From Candidatus Omnitrophota bacterium (GTDB taxonomy: Bacteria > Omnitrophota > Gorgyraeia > Gygaellales > Profunditerraquicolaceae), in NCBI GenBank assembly GCA_028712375.1, contig JAQTQG010000003.1, positions 14,619-78,618 of the forward strand: a stretch of DNA of 64,000 bases, read 5' to 3'. A program made the position numbers and the translations under genes. Of the stretch, positions 58,559 through 64,000 are shown piece by piece. The notes beneath the pieces were generated by a model. The model ran no database searches and had not been told where the DNA came from. It worked only from the letters and a program-made list of their open reading frames with translations. Every line of letters starts with the position of its first letter. The first letter of the stretch is position 1.

Positions 58559-59330
58559 TTTTTTTATATGTGCACTGGCTGAGTAAAATTACAAAAATTA
58601 TAAATAAAACAAAGGTTAAAAATAGCCACACCGACTGTTGCAGATAAACCCGAAAACCTTCCCTGGCAATATCCTCCCAGGACTCTACCAATAAAGTAAG
58701 CAAAAGAAGCGTTAAAATGGAACCTATTTCTTTCTTAAACCAAGCTATTTTTATCGGCAGATAATCAACAATATCAAGCCTGACAAGGCTGGGTAGTGAA
58801 GGGAATATCCGGGGGACTTTGCGGCAATATTCCGGGTAGCTTTGCGGAAACATCCTGCGCAGTTTATTTTCTTCTTTATAAATAAGCAGGATATAGCGAA
58901 TAATAAACACGGCGATAAAAATTACTATTGCCCACCACTTGAATATCGCCAGCACCACTCCTAACCCGATCAAAAATATGCCTAGATACATCGGGTTGCG
59001 CACCATCTGATACGGCCCTCCTTGGATTAATGCCTGGCTATCCTGAGAATGCTCCGCTTTATATCCCCGGGCCGAAACCCGGATAACCTGGCCTAAGAGG
59101 ATAAGCGCAAACCCCAAAACTTCTAAAATCTCTTCTTGCATACTGCCGGAATAAACCCGCAGGAAAATTTTTGGTGAAAACACTATTACCAAAGCAGCAC
59201 AAGCCATAATAATACCGTTAATTTTAAGGCGTTTTTTCAATTTACTTTCCTTTCTAAAAACCCGCTCAACTTTAAACAAATCACACCTGGCACTTGGGGC
59301 AAAAATATGTGCCCCTTCCCCCCTGGACAA
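58521..59330 (-). CDS. Membrane methyltransferase of the ICMT/PEMT family
   Basis: GPYQMVRNPMYLGIFLIGLGVVLA signature. Multiple TM helices. Confidence 0.55.
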   Translation of the reverse strand: MSRGEGAHIFAPSARCDLFKVERVFRKESKLKKRLKINGIIMACAALVIVFSPKIFLRVYSGSMQEEILEVLGFALILLGQVIRVSARGYKAEHSQDSQALIQGGPYQMVRNPMYLGIFLIGLGVVLAIFKWWAIVIFIAVFIIRYILLIYKEENKLRRMFPQSYPEYCRKVPRIFPSLPSLVRLDIVDYLPIKIAWFKKEIGSILTLLLLTLLVESWEDIAREGFRVYLQQSVWLFLTFVLFIIFVILLSQCTYKKNESKTDKSQDNF

Positions 59331-60123
59331 TTCTTTCTACCGGCCTTGAACAGACAAAACAAGGCTTACCTTCCCGGCCATAAACCTGATGGAATCGCCC
59401 ATAGTCTCCATTTTTTCCGGAAACCCGCACATAATCATCCACGGAAGAGCCGCCATGCTTAATTGCGCTTTTTAATACTGCCTGCATATGTTTATAAAGA
59501 AGGGCTTGCTCTTTTTCTTTTAAACTTTGCGCTGGCCGCCGGGGATCAATTCTGGCATGGAACAGAATTTCTGCGGCATAAATATTGCCAATTCCGGCAA
59601 TAAATGATTGATCCATCAACAAAGGCTTTATTCCGGTTTTTCTTTTTAAAAGCATATCTTTAAAAGCAGAATAAGTCAAATCAAATGGTTCCGGCCCAAG
59701 TCTTTGAATAAACCCCATTTCCTGCCAATCATCAAGCAGACGCAGTTCCGCAAATAAACGCTGATCATTAAAATCCAGAACCCGGTCGCCGCTAAGATAA
59801 AAAGTCACCCGGCTGTCAGTTTTTACAGATGAGCCGGTGATATCTGATAATTTATTTTTAACTGCGGTTGTACGCAACACAAGCTGGCCGGTCATTTTAA
59901 AATGCACGGTCAGAAATTTGCCGTTAGACAGCTCCAGGATTAACAGCTTACCCCGGCGCAACATACGTTTTATACTCAACCCCTCCAAGGATTTTTTAAA
60001 TACCGCCGGAGACGGTTGGCGAATTACTTTAGGGTTATTAATCAGCACGCGGATGATCTTGGCGCCACAAACGGCTTTCTCTAAATCACTTTTGATCGTC
60101 TGGACTTCCGGCAGCTCTGGCAT
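59281..60123 (-). CDS. mutM: Formamidopyrimidine-DNA glycosylase
   Basis: MPELPEVQT N-terminus. C-terminal zinc finger CFVCSRPV…YFCPKCQ. Confidence 0.85.
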   Translation of the reverse strand: MPELPEVQTIKSDLEKAVCGAKIIRVLINNPKVIRQPSPAVFKKSLEGLSIKRMLRRGKLLILELSNGKFLTVHFKMTGQLVLRTTAVKNKLSDITGSSVKTDSRVTFYLSGDRVLDFNDQRLFAELRLLDDWQEMGFIQRLGPEPFDLTYSAFKDMLLKRKTGIKPLLMDQSFIAGIGNIYAAEILFHARIDPRRPAQSLKEKEQALLYKHMQAVLKSAIKHGGSSVDDYVRVSGKNGDYGRFHQVYGREGKPCFVCSRPVERIVQGGRGTYFCPKCQV

Positions 60124-60131
60124 AATTTAAC

Positions 60132-61832
60132 CTATTTGGCTTTTTTACATTTCATTTTATGATACTCTTGCAATGATTTTACACCCAGGTCCTTCTTCGC
60201 CAGCATCTCTATGCCATTAACGGTAGCCTGTGCCCCAAAAATGGTAGTAGTATAAGGTATATTATAAAGAATAACTTGGGAACGGATTTTTACTTCATCC
60301 TGCCGGGGAATTCTGCCCGAGGGAGTATTAATCACCATCTGGATTTTGCCATCCTTCATTAAATCCAGGATATTCGGGCGTCCTTCGCTAATTTTCGGCA
60401 AGACCTTAGCAGGTATATTATTTTTTTCTAAAACCGAGGCTGTACCGCTGGAGGCAAAAATCTTAAAACCCAGGTCCTTTAATTTTTTGGCGATAAAAAC
60501 TATATCCCGCTTATCCCGGTCGTGCACCGAGATAAACACATTGCCATTCTTGGGAACTTTTTGCCCGGCGGCAATCTGGCTTTTAATGTAAGCGCTGGCA
60601 AAATCCATATCAATTCCCATAACTTCTCCGGTAGACTTCATCTCCGGCCCCAACATCACATCCACCCCCGGAAACCGGTTAAAAGGAAACACGGACTCTT
60701 TCACAGCCACATACGGCGGAATAATTTCTTCGGTAAAGCCTAAACTTTTCAGCTTTTTACCCATCATCACTTTCGTTGCCAATTTAGCCAAAGGAACACC
60801 GATAACTTTGGAAACTAAGGGCACAGTACGCGAGGCGCGCGGGTTAACTTCTAAAACATAAATCTTGGCATCTTTTACTGCATACTGCACATTCATTAAA
60901 CCAATAATATTTAGTTCTTTCGCTAACCTATAGGTAGCTTCCCTTAGCTTTTTCAAAATCTCCGGGTCCAGTGTGTACGTAGGAAGAGACATGGCCGCAT
61001 CCCCTGAGTGTACGCCGGCCTGTTCGATATGCTCCATAATTCCGCCAATAACAAAAGTTTCCCCGTCTCCGATCAAATCCACATCTATCTCAATCGCATC
61101 TTCCAAAAATTTATCAATCAATATCGGATGCTCACCGGATACTTCCGCCGCCTCATGAATAAACCTTTCCAACAGTTCCTGATCATAGACGATTTCCATT
61201 GCCCGCCCGCCCAATACATATGATGGCCTGACCAATACCGGATAACCGATATTATTGGCGACCTTTTGTGCTTCAGCAAAAGTAAACACTGTACCGCTAA
61301 CCGGCTGTAAAAGACCGAGTTTTTCAATCATTTGCTTAAAACGCTTGCGATCTTCCGCAATATCAATATTGTCGGAACTGGTGCCTAAAATATTTACTCC
61401 TGCCTGGCGTAAAGCTACCGCTAGGTTGATTGGAGTTTGCCCGCCAAATTGCACAATAACGCCCAGGGGCTTCTCTATTTCAATAATATTCATAATATCT
61501 TCAAAAGTCAGGGGTTCAAAATAAAGGCGGTCGGAAGTATCGTAATCCGTGGAAACAGTTTCCGGATTACAATTTACCATAATACTATCCACCCCTTCTT
61601 CCTTAAGCGCATAAGCCGCATGGCAGCAACAATAATCAAACTCAATACCTTGCCCAATTCTATTCGGACCACCACCCAAAATTATCACTTTTTTATTGTT
61701 GGCTTCTTTTGTAGCATAAAAATGTGGCTGCATAACAGCGGGTTTTGGGGAACGCAAACCCCTTATTGCATCTGTAGTTCTTATTTTTCTTTTTTTGTGC
61801 TGCTGTTTCACTTTTACCTCCTTAAGACACAA
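60132..61832 (-). CDS. carB: Carbamoyl-phosphate synthase large subunit, C-terminal half only (second ATP-grasp + MGS-like domain). The true start is probably internal to the ORF.
   Basis: VIILGGGPNRIGQGIEFDYCCCHAAYALKEEGVDSIMVNCNPETVSTDYDTSDRLYFEPLT corresponds to the second repeat of CarB. C-terminal VFISVHDRDKRDIVFIAKKL is the MGS-like domain. Confidence 0.75.
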   Translation of the reverse strand: MCLKEVKVKQQHKKRKIRTTDAIRGLRSPKPAVMQPHFYATKEANNKKVIILGGGPNRIGQGIEFDYCCCHAAYALKEEGVDSIMVNCNPETVSTDYDTSDRLYFEPLTFEDIMNIIEIEKPLGVIVQFGGQTPINLAVALRQAGVNILGTSSDNIDIAEDRKRFKQMIEKLGLLQPVSGTVFTFAEAQKVANNIGYPVLVRPSYVLGGRAMEIVYDQELLERFIHEAAEVSGEHPILIDKFLEDAIEIDVDLIGDGETFVIGGIMEHIEQAGVHSGDAAMSLPTYTLDPEILKKLREATYRLAKELNIIGLMNVQYAVKDAKIYVLEVNPRASRTVPLVSKVIGVPLAKLATKVMMGKKLKSLGFTEEIIPPYVAVKESVFPFNRFPGVDVMLGPEMKSTGEVMGIDMDFASAYIKSQIAAGQKVPKNGNVFISVHDRDKRDIVFIAKKLKDLGFKIFASSGTASVLEKNNIPAKVLPKISEGRPNILDLMKDGKIQMVINTPSGRIPRQDEVKIRSQVILYNIPYTTTIFGAQATVNGIEMLAKKDLGVKSLQEYHKMKCKKAK

Positions 61833-62019
61833 AACTAGCGGTGATCAAACCTTTAACCTTGCAATCAAACAACTTTTTATTTATCCGCCATATTCACTCC
61901 ACTTATACCAACTTTATGAAGCAATAAAACCACCCTAACCACAATTTATCCTAAATTATAGAGTCTACACTCCACTTATACAGAAACTGCTCTCTACTAC
62001 ATGCTGAATATGATTTTAT

Positions 62020-62091
62020 TGCCCCTGACAGGAGTCGAACCTGTACCACTAGCTCCGGAGGCTAGTGCGCTATCCATTGCGCTACAGGGGC
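62020..62091 (-). tRNA. tRNA-Arg (anticodon CCG)
   Basis: Reverse complement GCCCCTGTAGCGCAATGGATAGCGCACTAGCCTCCGGAGCTAGTGGTACAGGTTCGACTCCTGTCAGGGGCA. Anticodon loop CTCCGGA. Confidence 0.7.
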
Positions 62092-62100
62092 ATCAATAAT

Positions 62101-63342
62101 TTAAAAAAGCTTCAGTTGTTCTTCGTTTTTAACCGCAGGCGCTTCCTCAAACACGGAAACTACACCATATTCACCGTCATAACCAGGCTTTATATTAACT
62201 TTACCTTGGCGTGCCAACATAACTCCTTCAATAATTTTAGGAGGGAGCCCTCCTTTAAGCAATTCTTCATGAGAAGCTTTAAGCAAAATTTCAAACTCTG
62301 TACCAAACTTGCTTAAGTAATAAAGATAATCTCTTTCCACCCCTACCGCGGACTTGCCCAGTCCTTTTGCCGAAGCAATAATTTCATCCAAAGGAATCAA
62401 ATTTTTAAAAGGAATGGCGTTTTGCGGTTTAAACCCTTCCGGACGATCCGCTAATGCTTCCACGCGGTTAGCTACACCCACCGTAACGGATTTGCCGCAC
62501 TTAGGGCATTTTCCGTTATGCTGCCGGGTTTCCCTGGGCGGCCAACAAATTCCGCAAAGCCGGTGCCCGTCAAAATGATATTTTCCCTCTTCGGGGAAAA
62601 ACTCAATTGTATACAAAAATTTTTCCCGATCTTTATCTTTTAACACCTGGCGGATTGTCTGATAATCTAAGGCGCAATTAAAAACATTGGCTTCCCTGCC
62701 AATCTTCTGCGGTGAATGTGAATCGCTATTAGAAATCAAGGTAAATTTATCCAAAGCACTCAACCTCCAATTCATCTCCGGATCTGAAGATAGCCCTGTT
62801 TCCAGGGCGAATATTTTGGAGGTCTGATCCTCGAAGCAATCTTCAATTTTATCAAATCCGGACATTGAACCAAACAGGCTAAACCAGGGCGTCCAGATAT
62901 GCCCCGGGATAACCATGCAATTTTCGTCAATGTCAAAAACGATCCGCGCCAGTTCCGCGGCGTCCAGGCCGATAATCGGACGGCCGTCACTGGCTAAATT
63001 TGCACCCCGGCGGGAAAGAGTATTATTAATCTTATCTACAGTAGCAAAAGAAGGGGCGAAAATAAGATTATGAATACGGTACCCTTTGCCTGCCTTAGAA
63101 TAAATACTGCTGATTTCCGCAGTAAGTATAAAATTAATCCCGGCGTGTTTAAACAAACCGTTGCCGCAGTCTTCTAAATTATGCTTTAATTCCTCCAGCC
63201 ATAAATGGTGCGTAAAATCACCGGTACCCATTAAGCTGATGCCTTTTAGTTTCGCCCACTGCGCTAAGTGAACAATATCCATATCCCGGCTGGTTGCCCG
63301 CGAGTATTTGGAATGAATATGAAAATCCGCAATGAATTCCAT
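62101..63342 (-). CDS. PHP-domain nuclease with internal zinc ribbon, endonuclease-Q-like
   Basis: N-terminal FIADFHIHSKYSRATS (PHP His cluster). CGICWPP…GKCPKCGKS zinc ribbon. ~413 aa. Confidence 0.45.
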   Translation of the reverse strand: MEFIADFHIHSKYSRATSRDMDIVHLAQWAKLKGISLMGTGDFTHHLWLEELKHNLEDCGNGLFKHAGINFILTAEISSIYSKAGKGYRIHNLIFAPSFATVDKINNTLSRRGANLASDGRPIIGLDAAELARIVFDIDENCMVIPGHIWTPWFSLFGSMSGFDKIEDCFEDQTSKIFALETGLSSDPEMNWRLSALDKFTLISNSDSHSPQKIGREANVFNCALDYQTIRQVLKDKDREKFLYTIEFFPEEGKYHFDGHRLCGICWPPRETRQHNGKCPKCGKSVTVGVANRVEALADRPEGFKPQNAIPFKNLIPLDEIIASAKGLGKSAVGVERDYLYYLSKFGTEFEILLKASHEELLKGGLPPKIIEGVMLARQGKVNIKPGYDGEYGVVSVFEEAPAVKNEEQLKLF

Positions 63343-63344
63343 GC

Positions 63345-64000
63345 TTAGCTCTTATATATTATTTTACCGTTATAAATAGTATACTCCACCAAACCTTTTA
63401 CCTTTCTTCCGATAAAGGGTGAGTTTTTGGATTTAGAAACAATGCTTTTTTTATCCAGAATAAATTCTTTGCCTGCGTCTATAACAATTACATCTGCATC
63501 AGCCCCTACGGTTAAGGTCCCTTTGTTGATCCCCAATATCTTTGCCGGGTTAAGCGCCAAGCTGCTAACTAATTCCTGCCAGCTTAAAATATTTTTATCA
63601 ATTAATTCCATAATACTCACTGCCAGCCCGGATTCAAGTCCAATTTTGCCGAATTCCGCGCGGTCAAACTCAATATCTTTTTCATTTTCCGTATGCGGGG
63701 CATGGTCGGAAGCGATTACATCTATCACCATATTTTTTAATCCGGTTTTTATTGCGGACACATCCTGCTTAGTCCTTAAGGGCGGATTAATTTTCATATT
63801 TGTATCATAATCAATAATGTCTTCGTCAGTTAGGGCAAAATAATGCGGGGCAGTCTCGCAGGTAATCTTAACTTTTCTTTTTTTAGCCGCGGCAATTATC
63901 TCTACCGATTCCCTGCAGCTAACGTGCGCAATATGCACGCTAGCTGCACATTTTTCCGCCAGCTCAATATCGCGGATGATTCTTGTATATTCTGATTCAT
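63345..64000 (-). CDS. pyrC: Dihydroorotase, C-terminal part (gene runs off the window)
   Basis: VIASDHAPHTENEK and GADADVIVID motifs. ORF open to the window edge. Confidence 0.7.
   Translation of the reverse strand, partial: ESEYTRIIRDIELAEKCAASVHIAHVSCRESVEIIAAAKKRKVKITCETAPHYFALTDEDIIDYDTNMKINPPLRTKQDVSAIKTGLKNMVIDVIASDHAPHTENEKDIEFDRAEFGKIGLESGLAVSIMELIDKNILSWQELVSSLALNPAKILGINKGTLTVGADADVIVIDAGKEFILDKKSIVSKSKNSPFIGRKVKGLVEYTIYNGKIIYKS

Noticed and set aside
1-64000. CRISPR array / cas operon
   Set aside because: No regularly spaced short repeats. The Cas4-like gene is isolated from any cas1/cas2.

Overview
The window is bacterial chromosome, probably Gram-negative (outer-membrane beta-barrel gene, Chlamydia-like V/A-type ATPase operon, many TPR proteins). 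Almost all genes are on the minus strand.

Main feature: the Mg-chelatase-like competence gene comM/yifB is split into a 5' piece (1510-~1730, +) and a 3' piece (~20964-22298, +) by a ~19.2 kb AT-rich insertion. Both junctions share a GATATCAA core (1723-1730 and 20964-20971). A large serine recombinase gene sits just inside the left junction.

The insertion carries no phage structural genes. It carries:
- Regulators: MerR-like, XRE-like and excisionase-family HTH proteins.
- A replisome-organiser-like HTH gene (20403-20831) next to iteron-like repeats.
- Candidate defence genes:
  - An OLD-family ATPase/Toprim nuclease next to a Cas4-like PD-(D/E)xK nuclease and a protein with a TIR/nucleoside-deoxyribosyltransferase-like motif. 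I think this three-gene cassette is the most likely undescribed system.
  - A protein with an N-terminal HNH motif and a C-terminal DGQH(R/K) motif. This is the reverse domain order of GmrSD/SspE/BrxU-type enzymes.
  - A convergent pair: a DUF1156/COG1743 zinc-ribbon adenine methylase and a putative PD-(D/E)xK endonuclease.
  - An AAA+ ATPase module beside a catalytic-domain-only tyrosine recombinase.

The rest of the window is housekeeping:
- folE, mnmE, folC, purH.
- A YchF-like protein lacking the P-loop GTPase domain.
- A KamA-like radical-SAM lysine 2,3-aminomutase followed by two tandem Ddl-like ATP-grasp ligases.
- HAD, PAC2, M20 peptidase, Nth-like glycosylase.
- A PilZ domain fused to a glycoside-hydrolase-like domain.
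- A DnaQ-like exonuclease fused to a WYL domain.
- CsaA-like tRNA-binding protein, outer-membrane protein.
- tRNA-Asp(GTC), tRNA-Val(TAC), tRNA-Arg(CCG).
- Two tandem paralogous SGNH/TPR genes sharing a perfect 237-bp repeat.
- A seven-gene V/A-ATPase operon in the order E, DUF2764, A, B, D, I, K.
- pyrF, pyrD, pyrK, mutM, a stand-alone C-terminal half of carB, an EndoQ-like PHP nuclease, and a truncated pyrC.

All calls are from reading motifs in the supplied translations. No database search was possible.
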